A stretch of DNA of 64,000 nt from Azolla caroliniana (Eukaryota; Plantae; Polypodiophyta). Below the pieces are notes generated by a model. It had not been told where the DNA came from and did no database searches. It saw only the letters and a program-made list of their open reading frames with translations. The stretch spans positions 12,648,001-12,712,000 of the forward strand of contig JBHGNT010000009.1 of the NCBI GenBank assembly GCA_043228905.1. The letters are read 5' to 3'. The position numbers and the translations under genes were made by a program. How positions within the stretch are numbered: the stretch's first letter is position 1; each line of letters opens with the position of its first letter. Positions 47,458 through 59,418 of this stretch are shown here, one piece after another.

Positions 47458-49220
47458 TTATGTGTTAGTAACATGCGGTTACATAGAGTACAACAACGTC
47501 TACTTAGCGGGGATCAGATGCTCAATTGTAAAGAGGTTCCAAGTATGAAAGGTGCAATTGGAAGACATGCTATTGGTTGGATGAAAAGTTACTTTCAGTT
47601 AAATCGTGAAGTAATGCCCACTACAGGTAGGATGCACCTCTCTGATAATTACACACGTCGGGAATTTTATGATGTCTATCGATCAGGTATGATGGGCTCA
47701 CGTAATAAATTTGTCACATATAGCCAATTCACAAGATTATGGAGAGCTCGGTTTTCAAATGTTATCATTCCACGTAAAGTACGCATGGGGTATTGCTCCA
47801 TTTGTGCAAATCTTAAAAGTTTAGCTAAAGGTGCAAAGACATCAATGGAAAAGGATATGAGTAAGAAGTTACTACAAGAGCATCGTGAGGCACAATCGTT
47901 AGAACGAAAGAAGGTGATGCATCATAGAGAGAAGTGTTTGAAGAGGCCCGAACAATACTTGTGCTTAATGATAGATGGCATGGACCAGAAGAAGATGTGT
48001 TTACCGCATATGCGGAGGCTCCCCAAAGATGTCAATGATGAGTGCCTTGTTCAAATGCACTTGGTGGGATGCTTGGCTTATAAAAGGTCAGTTGGACTTC
48101 ACGTCTTCATTAATTACCCCAATGTTCACAATGACCCTAACCTAACAGTTATAGTGATTCACCGAGTTTTGATGTCTTGGGGCCAACCGTTCCCCCCTGT
48201 TCTATACATTCAATTGGACAATACTGCTAGAGAGAACAAAAATTCAATTGTGTTTGGCTATCTAAGTATGTTGGTCAACCAAGGATTGTTTAGAAAAGTG
48301 AAAGTCAATTTTCTTTTGGTTGGCCACACACATGATCATATAGATCAGATGTTTCGCACATTCTCTAGATAGTTGTCTCGACATGATGCTTTCACATTAC
48401 CAAAACTATTTGATGTCATTTGTGATGCATATACACCATGCCCAAAAGTGTTACACATGAAGGAGGTATATGACTTTAAGAGATATATATCAGATGGGGG
48501 CGTTGGGAATGTTAAAGTGCTCGCCCAATTAAACAATATAAGCTTCAATCACATTTTTATTATAAAGAAAAATGAAATAAATGGTTCTACGCTTTTGTAT
48601 GCGAAACAATATTCATCTTCTACAGCATGGGGACCTGAAGGTGGTTGCCAGTTATTACTTTGTATGCCGAGTACAATTGTCCATGGAGCTAAACAAATGC
48701 CAATTGAGAAGAAAGGATAGTTGCATAGTGACATGGTATCGGAACAAAAACGGTTATGGCTCCAAGCCTTAGAAGAAAAAAGAAAGCATATTGAGGCCAC
48801 GAAGAAATATGCCGCACAACAAGACACATCATGGTGGGATGTATTTTTTAGTGATCAGAAAGGAATTATAGACAATTGTGTATTTGGTGATAATTGGAAT
48901 TTGGAAATGTCATTCACATGGTCGCTACAACATGATCGTGTAAATAAAACTCCAGAGCAACTAGCAAATGCGATTAATGACAGTTTGGTCCATCCACAAC
49001 AAAGAGACATTTATGTGGGACCAAGGATCACCAAAGCAACCGAAGCTAGATGGCAAGGCAATTTGCAAGAGCTCGTGACGGGGATGTTGATTGCAATGCC
49101 GACTGATGAGAACTCACATGGCCACCAATTTTGGGTTGGTAAAATTCTAGAAGTGCTAATGCATGAAATAGAAAACACGATCAAGTCTATAAACGTTCAT
49201 TGGTACAAAACTAGAAGTGC
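47458..49220 (+). pseudogene. DUF7869/Sola1-like transposase, catalytic part and C-terminus
   Basis: FTRLW, CSIC, IDGMDQKK..LP, LYIQLDNTARENKN, FLLVGHTHDHIDQMF; in-frame TAG stops; fused to copia sequence at ~49220. Confidence 0.8.
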
Positions 49221-51541
49221 AAGTTCACAAGTTATCTATAGAAGGAGGGAATTCGACGCAAATTCTCGTGTAAATACACGCCGCAGTAGAACTTCGTGGC
49301 CGAGCGAAAGAATTGGACGATTGAAGAAGCGGCCAGGGCAATGCTTGAAGAGAAGCATATGCCGAAATTCTATTGGGCTGAAGCCGTGAAGACGGCTATC
49401 TACTTGCAGAATTGGACCTCTACTAATGGAGGAGTATCGCACAAGAGCTATATCTCGGAAAGAAGCCAAACATGGCACACTTGCGGATTTTCGGCAGCTT
49501 CGCGTATGTGCACGTGCCGAAGGAGAAAAGGAGGAAGTTGGATGCCAAAGCCGAGAAATGTATCTTGGTCGGCTATTCAGATGAGCAGAAGGGATATAAA
49601 TGTTATAACCCTCGAACAAAGGAAGTACGCGTAAGCCGCGATGTCGTGTTCGACGAGTCCGCTTCGTGGTACTTGCCTTCACCTCCAGTACCTCAAGACT
49701 CCATTCCGAATTCTGAGGAAGAAGTTAGCAAGGCTGAGATGCCTCTACATGATGAGGAAATTGAAGCTCTAAGAGAGAGTCTGATCTCATTTCAGCTAGG
49801 TGGGCCGAATGAGGGGTTGGGCCGAAATGGCCAACATATTGAAGAGACGGCAAGTAGTGGAGACTCAGCCGTGATGTCCCTGCGTAAAGAACCGAGGAGA
49901 CAGTTTACGCGTAAAGAGAAGGGCAAGAAGAAAATGACGGAATACGACTTCGATAGTGCCGAGTTAGATCGGAGCGAGTCTGACTAGGGGCAAACTGAAA
50001 AGGAACCTCCACGAAAGAGGTCGACAGTAGCCGAAAAGGTCGTGAAATCGGGTAATCACGAATTACGTCGATCTACCCGCCTGAAGAACCCCATAAAGAG
50101 ATACGGGTATAATGAGTACATGGCGCACCATTATGCGTACATGACACGAGTGGCGGAAGTGTGTGAGCCGGAGAACTACGCAGAAGTGGCAAAAGACGCA
50201 AATTGGTGTGCAGCCATGAAGGAAGAGATGCACACATTGGCGGAAAATGAAACCTGGGACCTAGTTGACGCACCAAAAGGTGTAAAGCCGATCGGATGTA
50301 GGTGGGTGTACAAGGTCAAGTACAACACCAACGGCTCAGTCAACCGATACAAGGCCCGGTTAGTAGCGAAAGGCTACGCGCAGAAGCACGACCTGAACTA
50401 TGACGAGACCTTCGTGCCTGTCGCGAAGATGACTATTGTGCATGTTCTATTGGCAGTAGTAGTGGCAAAGGGGTGGCACTTACATCAGATGGATGTAAAG
50501 AACGTGTTCCTGCAAGGCGATCTTGAGGAGCAGGTGTACATGGTACAACCCCCCGGATTTCTATCCGAACAAAACACATAATACAGACTAAAGCAAGCCT
50601 TGTGAGCTTGGAACGCAAAGATTGCGCAACAGTTGCGTAGGATGGGGTTTGCGCCGTCGAAATCAGGCTCTTCTCTATTTGTTCGGCAAGGTCAATATGG
50701 ACCGGTCAGCTTGCTCTTGTACGTTGATGATTTAGTCATCGCCAGTGCCGACCTTGACGAAATCTGCCGCGTGAAGTCTTCGCTTGCGGCATCATTATCT
50801 CAGAAACCTTCATTACTTCCTCGGGATCGAAGTGATCCGTACCCCCGAAGGCATATTGATCAGTCAGTGTCATTACGCGTTGAATATGCTCTTCAAGTTC
50901 AGGATGGCAAGTTGTAAGCCCATCTCGACCCCTCTAGATAGAAACGCAAAGCTTCGCCGAGATTCGGGGAAGGCGTGCGACCCGACACGGTTCCAATAGA
51001 TTGTCGGAAGCCTTATCTATCTGACGATTACTCGACCGGATCTTAGTTATCCAGTCAGCCTAATCAGTCAATTCATGTCGCAGCCTACGGCCGAACACTT
51101 TCAGTGCGCGTAACGAATACTACGTTATGTCATCGGCATGAAAGACATGGCGTTGTTTTATCGGGCAGGCGTAGCCGAACAGTTAGTCAGCTACACGGAT
51201 GCCGATTGGGCCAGAAATGCCCACGATCGTAGATCCACATCCGGATATGCCTTCTCTCTGGGAAGTGTGGCGATTGCGTGGAGCAATAAGAAGCAGCCGA
51301 AAATAGCACTGTCGAGCACGGAGGCCGAGTATCGAGGGGCGACTGTCGCTACGTGCGAAGTCATTTGGCTAAAACGGCTATTACGGGATCTACATGTTGT
51401 CAGGAATCAGTAGTAAGACGGAGACGGAATTAGTACTAAACGAAGGATTAGTACTACAGAGAAGGGATTAGTACTAAACGAAGGATTAGTACTATGAGGG
51501 GTGTAGAACTTCTTGAGAGAGAAGGAAGAAGTGAGCGAGAC

Positions 51542-51583
<42 letters not shown>

Positions 51584-51885
51584 ATGATGAGAGAAATATA
51601 TGTATTACGTGAAGAGAATGTACAACTGTGGCTAGAAGGCTTAAGACTGGCGTTGAACCAATTTGGTTCAACATAACGCCTAGTGCCCTCTTTTATAGTA
51701 TTTCTAAGAGTAATCCTGAAGCTTCTAGAATGTTCCAGAGAAATCTGGAATATACATCAATTTCTAAAATAAAACATAAATGAAAATAATATCCTACAAC
51801 TTATAATGTATAGTCTAATGGTAAGACCTCGACCCATGTAGCATAAGGTCATGGGTTCGAGTCTTGCCATGACACTATCCCCCCC

Positions 51886-54800
51886 TTAAAAACGACGAGT
51901 GTCACGAGTCGTTTTGGATTGAGGACCCGGTTTGTGTGGATATCGACGATGGAAGTCTTCGAGAAGAGCACGAGCATTGGTCACATTCTCGATCGGCTCC
52001 CAAGTACGCTCGCTGGGACTATATCCTAGCCAATCGACTAGATAGTAGAGCTTGTTGCGAGTAATCTTGGAATCAAGGATGGCGGCAACCTCGTACTCAG
52101 GTCCATCTTCAAGCTCGATCGGGGGTGGAGGTGGTGGAATACGGCCTGGAATGGTGCTTTCGCGATAGGGTTCGAGGAGAGAACTATGGAACACCGGATG
52201 AATCCGAAGGTGCGGAGGGAGTTCGAGCCGAAAAGCAACATCATTAATCTTCCCGATAATACGGAAAGGACCTAACCGCCGATAGTCCAACTTCTCACAT
52301 GGGCGAGTAGTCTTGACGTGTCGTCGAAGCAGCCATACCCGATCGCCAATGTCAAAACTGGATGGAAGTCGATGACGATCCGCATAAACCTTGTGTGCTT
52401 GTTGAGCTTGCTGGAGCTGAGTAGATAGATCCGCTTGTATCTTGTGTAATCGCTCCAAACGATCCTCTGCGCAAGGATTCGTGGGCAATTCTGGGGTTTC
52501 AACTACACACCATCGGGGATGACAACCTGTGTAAGCATAAAATGGGGTAACCTTTGTTGAGGAGTGGACGGAGTTGTTATATGCAAACTCGGCGAAATGG
52601 AGAATATCTGCCCAATCATCTTGATGGTAACTTAGAAAACACCGAAGATACTGCTCCAACGTTTGATTTGTTCGTTCTGCCTGGCCGTCTGTTTGCGGGT
52701 GGTAGCCGGAGGAAAGGTTACAAGTCACTTGAAGCATTTTAAAGAAGTGCTTCCAAAACTTCGAAACGAATTGGGGTCCACGATCGCTGATGATGCTATC
52801 AGGGAGGCCGTGATGCCGACATACTTCGCGCATAACAATCTCGGCGGTTCCTTCACTGGATATTTCTTTAGTACATGGTAGGAAATGAGCCATCTTCGTA
52901 TAGCGATCTACGACTGTTAAGATCGCATCGAATCCCTTAGACATCGGGAGGTCCGTGATGAAATCTAGAGCAATGGATTGCCACGGCTTACTCGGAATTG
53001 GTAATGGTTCTAACAAACCATATGGATGATGCCTTGGCATTTTTGCCCTGCAACATGTATCACAAGTCCGAACAAAATCTTCGACAAATTGTCGCATGTG
53101 GGGCCACCAGAATGAGCGTTGTACTAAATCTAATGTTTTAGTACTACCAAAATGCCCAGCAGTATATGTATCATGACAGCTTTGGACTACTTGAAGGCGA
53201 CCAGTACCATTAGGAACATACAAGAGTGTCTTAAAAAATAGTAATCCATCATGGTATTGGAATTGCCGATAATCCGTACCTGGTTGTTGCGATTCCGAAC
53301 AAGATGCTTGAGAGGGATCGATTTGTTTTAGAATGGCTTGGGCGAATGCATCCGTCTTCAAGTCCTCCCGTATGGTATCGATAACGCGAGAATCCATGGG
53401 CATGTCGAAGATCTGTGCTGCTTGTAGTCGTGCCGGTCCCAAGATGACTTGCTTTTGGTTATCGAAGGCTGGCTCGCCGGGACGCGGTGCTAGATATGAA
53501 CGTCGTGATAATGCATCCGCCTTCCCTTGGTGCTTCCCCGGTCGATAAGTAATTTTGAAGTCGAAACGTGTGAGGAAGTGGGCCCACCGGGCTTGACGTC
53601 GATTCAGCACACGAGCATCCTGAAAGTAGGCAAGGTTCTTGTGGTCACTGAATACAGTGACTGGGTGAGGGGATCCCTCTAGGAAATGCCTCCATTGCAT
53701 AAATGAATCCACTATTGCCAAGAGTTCCTTATCATGTATCTCGTAGTTGATTTCGGCGGCGTCAAACTTTCGTGAATGAAAAGCCACAGGATGTAGCTTC
53801 TCGTCATTACCATGTTGTGACAGAATGCTCCCCAATGCGAAATCCGATGCGTCAGCTTCGATAATGAATGGTTTTTCTGGATCGACATGACCCAGAATTG
53901 GAGCTGATGTAAACGCCTTTTTCAGATTCTCGAAAGCCAAGTCTGTTTCTTCAGACCAAATGAACGCTTGCCCCTTTCTGGTAAGCTGTGTGAGAGGCAG
54001 AACGATCCTTGAGTAATCTTGTATGAACTTCCGGTAAAAATTGGCAAAGCCTAGAAAACACTGCACATCCCGCACCGAACGCGGAGTCTGCCAATCCACC
54101 ACCGTTTTGACTTTAGCTGGGTCCATGGAGATGCCTTCTGAGGAGATGACATAGCCGAGAAATTCCACCTGGTTGCACCCGAAACTACATTTTTCTAGTT
54201 TTGCATACAGACCATGTTCTCGAAGTCGTTTTAGTACTGATAGTACATGAGAATCATGCTCTTCCTGGGTCTTCGAATAAACCAATAGATCATCCAAGTA
54301 GATGATCAAAAAATTATCCAACAGGTCTCGGAATATATCGTTTGCCATGTGCTGGAAGACTGCCGGCGCATTGGTGAGACCGAACGGCATGACTGTATAC
54401 TCGAAGTGCCCGTATCTAGTACGAAACGCCGTCTTCCATTCGTCTCCTGGTCGAATTCGTACGAGGTTATATGCTCCTCGTAAGTCGATCTTCGTGAAGA
54501 ACCTGGCACCATTGATCCGTTCTAAAAGACTTGAGATAAGGGGCAGTGCATACCTATTCCTGATGGTGACTTTATTTAAGCCACGATAGTCGACAACAAG
54601 GCGAAGAGATCCGTCCTTCTTCTTGACGAAGAAAATAGGTGCGCCTGCGGGAGATTTTGAATGCCGAATGAAACCATTAGCCAAATTCTCCTCTATGTAG
54701 GCTCGAAGGACTTCTAGCTCCGTAGGTGACAAATTGTAGATTGGCCCCCATGGCGGCTCCTTTCCTGGTTGTAGATCGATGGGGCAATCGTACGGTCGAT

Positions 54801-55425
54801 GATGAGGAAGTGTGTTGGCTTGTATTTTATCGAACACATCAGCATACTGACGATACTTCTCGGGAAGTTGAACGATGGACTCCTCTTTGGTGGTGCTGGA
54901 GGGTTGTACTGATATTGCGAACAGAAACATGTCCTCCTTGTGCCCTTCCTCACGCAACTGATGTAGTGAAATGGTTGCAATCTTCTGGGTAGATCCTTGG
55001 GTTTGTCGAAACTGAATTTTCCTTGTCCTCCAATCTATGTCTGGGTTATGTAACTCAAACCATGGTAATCCTAAAACTATGGGATGTTCTGGAATACTAA
55101 TTATATTAAATGATATTACACATGCTAGATTATCTAGGACAACATTAACGGGCTCTGATTCTTCTATGATATTTCCGGAAGCAATGGGACGACCATCAAT
55201 GACTACTACGGAGGCTGGACACGAGAGTTTTCTAAGAGATATCTGATGAGCTTGGGCAAAATTCTTATCCATAAAGCAAGAGTTTGCTCCGGAATCTAGG
55301 AGTGCTAAGACATGTACTGGAGGGGTACTTTTAGTACTAACGGCTACTTGGGCTACGAACACATTGCTAACTTGCTTAGAGGAAATGGAACCACTAGTGG
55401 GCTGCACAGATCTAGGGCTGTCCAA
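51886..55425 (-). CDS. pol: Pol with chromodomain (1179 aa), copy 2
   Basis: Protein appears identical to 19356-22895. Confidence 0.96.
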   Translation of the reverse strand: MDSPRSVQPTSGSISSKQVSNVFVAQVAVSTKSTPPVHVLALLDSGANSCFMDKNFAQAHQISLRKLSCPASVVVIDGRPIASGNIIEESEPVNVVLDNLACVISFNIISIPEHPIVLGLPWFELHNPDIDWRTRKIQFRQTQGSTQKIATISLHQLREEGHKEDMFLFAISVQPSSTTKEESIVQLPEKYRQYADVFDKIQANTLPHHRPYDCPIDLQPGKEPPWGPIYNLSPTELEVLRAYIEENLANGFIRHSKSPAGAPIFFVKKKDGSLRLVVDYRGLNKVTIRNRYALPLISSLLERINGARFFTKIDLRGAYNLVRIRPGDEWKTAFRTRYGHFEYTVMPFGLTNAPAVFQHMANDIFRDLLDNFLIIYLDDLLVYSKTQEEHDSHVLSVLKRLREHGLYAKLEKCSFGCNQVEFLGYVISSEGISMDPAKVKTVVDWQTPRSVRDVQCFLGFANFYRKFIQDYSRIVLPLTQLTRKGQAFIWSEETDLAFENLKKAFTSAPILGHVDPEKPFIIEADASDFALGSILSQHGNDEKLHPVAFHSRKFDAAEINYEIHDKELLAIVDSFMQWRHFLEGSPHPVTVFSDHKNLAYFQDARVLNRRQARWAHFLTRFDFKITYRPGKHQGKADALSRRSYLAPRPGEPAFDNQKQVILGPARLQAAQIFDMPMDSRVIDTIREDLKTDAFAQAILKQIDPSQASCSESQQPGTDYRQFQYHDGLLFFKTLLYVPNGTGRLQVVQSCHDTYTAGHFGSTKTLDLVQRSFWWPHMRQFVEDFVRTCDTCCRAKMPRHHPYGLLEPLPIPSKPWQSIALDFITDLPMSKGFDAILTVVDRYTKMAHFLPCTKEISSEGTAEIVMREVCRHHGLPDSIISDRGPQFVSKFWKHFFKMLQVTCNLSSGYHPQTDGQAERTNQTLEQYLRCFLSYHQDDWADILHFAEFAYNNSVHSSTKVTPFYAYTGCHPRWCVVETPELPTNPCAEDRLERLHKIQADLSTQLQQAQQAHKVYADRHRLPSSFDIGDRVWLLRRHVKTTRPCEKLDYRRLGPFRIIGKINDVAFRLELPPHLRIHPVFHSSLLEPYRESTIPGRIPPPPPPIELEDGPEYEVAAILDSKITRNKLYYLVDWLGYSPSERTWEPIENVTNARALLEDFHRRYPHKPGPQSKTTRDTRRF

Positions 55426-55451
55426 CCAAACGGCTCCTATTTTGGCTGGAC

Positions 55452-56651
55452 TTAGTCGTTTAACTCTTCTTCTAACTGACTAAGGACATCAAATTTGTTT
55501 GCTAGGTTCGGACTGTAAGTACTATTAGGACTATCATGCACACCTAGGGAAATAGACTCGGTTTTAGTACTGTTAAAACTATCATGCGTAGCTAAGGCAA
55601 TAGACTCAGGTTTAGTACTATTAGTACTAGCAGTAATTTGGTTTACCTGCCTTTTTGGCCTATGGGGACAATTTATTGCAATGTGTCCTGGTCCACCGCA
55701 GTAAAGACATAGTCGATTTGTACGACGTCGCTGCTTTTCCTCTTCGGATAATGGCCCTCGACGACGTGTTGTGTCAATCTCCATCGGAGTCGGAGTATTC
55801 GCTGGAGGTGCAAGGTATGACTCCCTCGGAAAAGGTCTTGATGTCACTGAGGCGTAGGTGGGCTCCGATCTTGCCCTCGGCATCTGTAGTTGTCGTTCCG
55901 AACGACGCTCAAATAGACGGTTGTCGCATCTTACCGCGCGACTAATTGCTTCTGTTAAGGACTTCGGCTCTTCGGGGAAGGTCAAGAGTAAATCCTTGAC
56001 ATCGTTGCGTAAACCGTAACGGAATTGCTCCATTAACGCTTGATCATCCCAAGGAATATCGGCGGCGAGTAGGCGAAAATCTGCAGCGTATGCGGAGGCT
56101 GGACGATCACCTTGACGTAATCGCCGAATTTTGTTGATTGCGGTTCTGATGCTGTCAGTATCTCCGAAACATGCTTTAAACTCACCGATAAATTCTTCAA
56201 AATTATTGAGCAACGGGGATTCCTTTTCTAATAGGGGAGCGAACCACGCCAACGCTGAGCCACTTAATAAAGTTCCTACTAAACCCACTCGTGATGCATC
56301 GGTGGGATATCGACAAGGATGCATTTGAATAACTAGTCGTACCTGATTAAGGAACCCTCTAAACTGCGATCGCGTTCCATCAAACTTCGTGGGAAGGCCA
56401 ATCTTGGGTTCTTTATGAGTTCCTTGTGTTGCGGGCCCGTGTTGTTGCATCGCCACGATGGTTGCTTCGAGTTGTTGTACGCGTAACGCAAGTTCCCCAT
56501 GCTGTTGCTGCGTTTGCTGTTTTTCTAAGGAGATTTGTTGAAGATCCCCCAGCAACCGTTGGTTTTCTTGTTCCAAAGCATGAAATTTCTCCTTCAAACA
56601 TTGAAACTCCGAAAAAACGGATTGATATTCTTCAGCGCTAACAGTGGCCAT
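55452..56651 (-). CDS. gag: Gag (399 aa), copy 2
   Basis: Differs from copy 1 at TQRT versus TQGT. Confidence 0.95.
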   Translation of the reverse strand: MATVSAEEYQSVFSEFQCLKEKFHALEQENQRLLGDLQQISLEKQQTQQQHGELALRVQQLEATIVAMQQHGPATQGTHKEPKIGLPTKFDGTRSQFRGFLNQVRLVIQMHPCRYPTDASRVGLVGTLLSGSALAWFAPLLEKESPLLNNFEEFIGEFKACFGDTDSIRTAINKIRRLRQGDRPASAYAADFRLLAADIPWDDQALMEQFRYGLRNDVKDLLLTFPEEPKSLTEAISRAVRCDNRLFERRSERQLQMPRARSEPTYASVTSRPFPRESYLAPPANTPTPMEIDTTRRRGPLSEEEKQRRRTNRLCLYCGGPGHIAINCPHRPKRQVNQITASTNSTKPESIALATHDSFNSTKTESISLGVHDSPNSTYSPNLANKFDVLSQLEEELND

Positions 56652-56876
56652 GGGATGAAAGAGAAGAGGAATTAAGAGACTAGTAGGAAAGGGGAGAGAT
56701 AAGAGGGAGAGGAAGGGAAAATTGGTTCAAACTGTCAGGAATCAGTAGTAAGACGGAGACGGAATTAGTACTAAACGAAGGATTAGTACTACAGAGAAGG
56801 GATTAGTACTAAACGAAGGATTAGTACTATGAGGGGTGTAGAACTTCTTGAGAGAGAAGGAAGAAGTGAGCGAGAC

Positions 56877-56920
<44 letters not shown>

Positions 56921-57337
56921 ATGATGAGAGAAATATATGTATTACGTGAAGAGAATGTACAACTGTGGCTAGAAGGCTTAAGACTGGCGTTGAACCAATT
57001 TGGTTCAACATAACGCCTAGTGCCCTCTTTTATAGTATTTCTAAGAGTAATCCTGAAGCTTCTAGAATGTTCCAGAGAAATCTGGAATATACATCAATTT
57101 CTAAAATAAAACATAAATGAAAATAATATCCTACAACTTATAATGTATAGTCTAATGGTAAGACCTCGACCCATGTAGCATAAGGTCATGGGTTCGAGTC
57201 TTGCCATGACACATGTAGGGTGTTTGATCTGACGACGACGATCTATTGCGACAACCTCAGTAGTATCCACCTTGCGAAAAACCTCGTGTTCCACACCCAA
57301 ACCAAGCACATTGAGGTGCATTACCATTTTGTCCGTG

Positions 57338-58130
57338 TGATGGGAACCGCAACACTCCTTATGCGCAACGCTCGGCCACAACCGAGCTTAGAATCATACA
57401 CAGAAAACGGGAAATAAAACTCGACACAAAGAAGAGGAGGGTACACAGGATGTTTACGTGGAAAACCCAAACCAAGGGAAAAACCACGGCAGCCCGCAGG
57501 CTGCAAACTATCACTATGCTAGAATGTACAACAGTGAGTTCACGGAGGCAACGACCTCGTGCTCACAATCCTCGCCACAGGCGGCGGTTACAACAGAGGC
57601 AACGACCTCTTTCTCTCTCTCTATACACTGTTACGCGCTCTCTCTTTTCTTGCACCAACAAGAATATGACAACAACAGTAGTGACTAAAAAATTTGCCCT
57701 AAGTCATATTTATACTAATATGACTTTTCGGCTATTTACAAATATAGCCTCGATGGACTCTCAGAAACATATTTACGAATATGTCTCTTCATCCGGTGAG
57801 CATTCCTCACCGGGTCTGCACCATCCGGCTCTCCGTAGCCGGGTACTCCTCATCCGGTCTTCACCGGGTCTACACCATCCGGCTCTCCGTAGCCGGGTAC
57901 TCCTCATCCGATCTTCACCGGGTCTGCACCATCCGGCTCTCTGTAGCTGGGTACTCCTCATCCGGTCTTCACCGGGTCTGCACCATCCGGCTCTCTGTAG
58001 TCGGGTACTCCTCATTCGGTCTTCACCGGGTCTGCACCATCCGGCTCTCCGTAGTCGGGTACTCGTCATCCGGTTTTGGCCTCGGCACTGTTCTTCTCCT
58101 TTCCCATCCGGAGGGACCTGTCTCCCAACA
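57338..58130 (-). mobile_element. Solo LTR (family Y) with five 54-bp tandem repeats
   Basis: TGATGGGA..TCCCAACA termini; TSD CCGTG splits copia RNase H HFVR|ERVL. Confidence 0.88.
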
Positions 58131-58273
58131 CCGTGAGCGGGTCCTTTCCGGTGAAGTCGAACTAGCGTATGTTCCGACGGATCGGCAGGTTGCCGACATC
58201 TTCACCAAGCCTCTTGGTCTCGACAAGTTACGGCACTTCTCGGGTGAGCTAGGGTTGCGTCACCTCGACACGT

Positions 58274-59418
58274 TGTCGTGCCTTTCGTCGCTAGATCGTT
58301 GCGTGAGTCGGGTGGGAACCACCGAGGTTTTGGACTAGGAGAAAGAAGAATACAATATAAGGCTAGTTATGAATAGGTAGAAAGATAGGTAAGTTATGAA
58401 TCTCGTGAATCCCATGAGTTTAGTGTATTTCATCAATATTTAGATAGTACAAGAGACAATTTTTATCACAAATTCGTGAATCCCACGAATATATTATATT
58501 AATTGGTGTTTTAGGAAATATATCCAATTTCCAAATATTTTTCACCCCCATTACATTGTGCTCCTCATCCTTATATAGTGATGAGAGAGTCTTCACAATC
58601 CATGCTTTTTCTCTAACTATAGACTATATGCTTTTTCTAACTTTAGTTTTCATGCACACTGCATGTGCATGATTAGATTTCTATGCTTTTTCTAACTTTA
58701 GTTTTCATGCACATTGCATGTGCATGATTAGATTTCTATCCCATCTTTTCTTTTAACTCGAGTGTGTATGCATGAGTAACTTTTTGTACCATGCATATCT
58801 AGAATATTTACATGGGATAAAGTTTAGTATAACTTTAAAATTCATAATATGCTAGTATAGTGGTAAGGCTTAACATTATTAACATGGAGGTACAGGGTTC
58901 GAATCCTGCCCTATGCATGTAACAATCTTTTCATTTATTTACAAATTTGTCTCTTCATCCGGTGAGAGACTCTCACCGGCCTTCTTTTATCCGGCTCCTT
59001 GATCCGGTTCTTACTGGGTCTCCTTACCGAGTCCTCCTTACCGGTTCCTCCTTGCCGATTCCTCCTTCATCCGGTTCCTCCTTCATTCGGTTCCTCCTTC
59101 ATCTGGTTCCATCCAGTTATCTTCACCGGTTCCTACTTACCGATTCCTCCTTCATCCAGTTCCATCCGGTTATCTTTACCGATTCCTCCTTACCAATTCC
59201 TCCTTCATCCAGTTCCATCCGGTTATCTTACCGGGTCTCCTTACCAGTTCCTCCTTCATCCAGTTCCATCCGGTTATCTTATCGGGTCTCCTTACCAGTT
59301 CCTCCTTCATCCAGTTCCATCCGGTTATCTTACCGGGTCTCCTTACCAGTTCCTCCTTGTCCCATCCGTAGGAACCAAAATGCAATTTTTCACGTAGTGT
59401 ACAAAATACACTACGACA
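58274..59418 (-). mobile_element. Solo-LTR-like element, family X, copy 3, with a 51-bp repeat block
   Basis: Reverse-complement match to both ends of 29059-29848; interrupts the copia end LRHLD|PNLRG. Confidence 0.75.

Larger units (their letters stand above)
31976..49220. mobile_element. Methyltransferase-carrying DNA element, copy B: terminus, ParB-MTase gene (-), DUF7869/Sola1-like transposase (+); far end lost
   Basis: Terminus shared with copy A and cuts a copia ORF. That both genes belong to one element is inferred from adjacency with no visible boundary. Confidence 0.6.
51398..57211 (-). mobile_element. Ty3/gypsy chromovirus, copy 2, apparently intact
   Basis: LTRs 51398-51874 and 56733-57211, TSD CATGT, near-identical to 17572-23383. 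Confidence 0.97.

Noticed and set aside
58845-58915. tRNA gene
   Set aside because: A/B boxes are present but no convincing acceptor or anticodon stems; it lies inside an LTR and is reported as a tRNA-like promoter instead.
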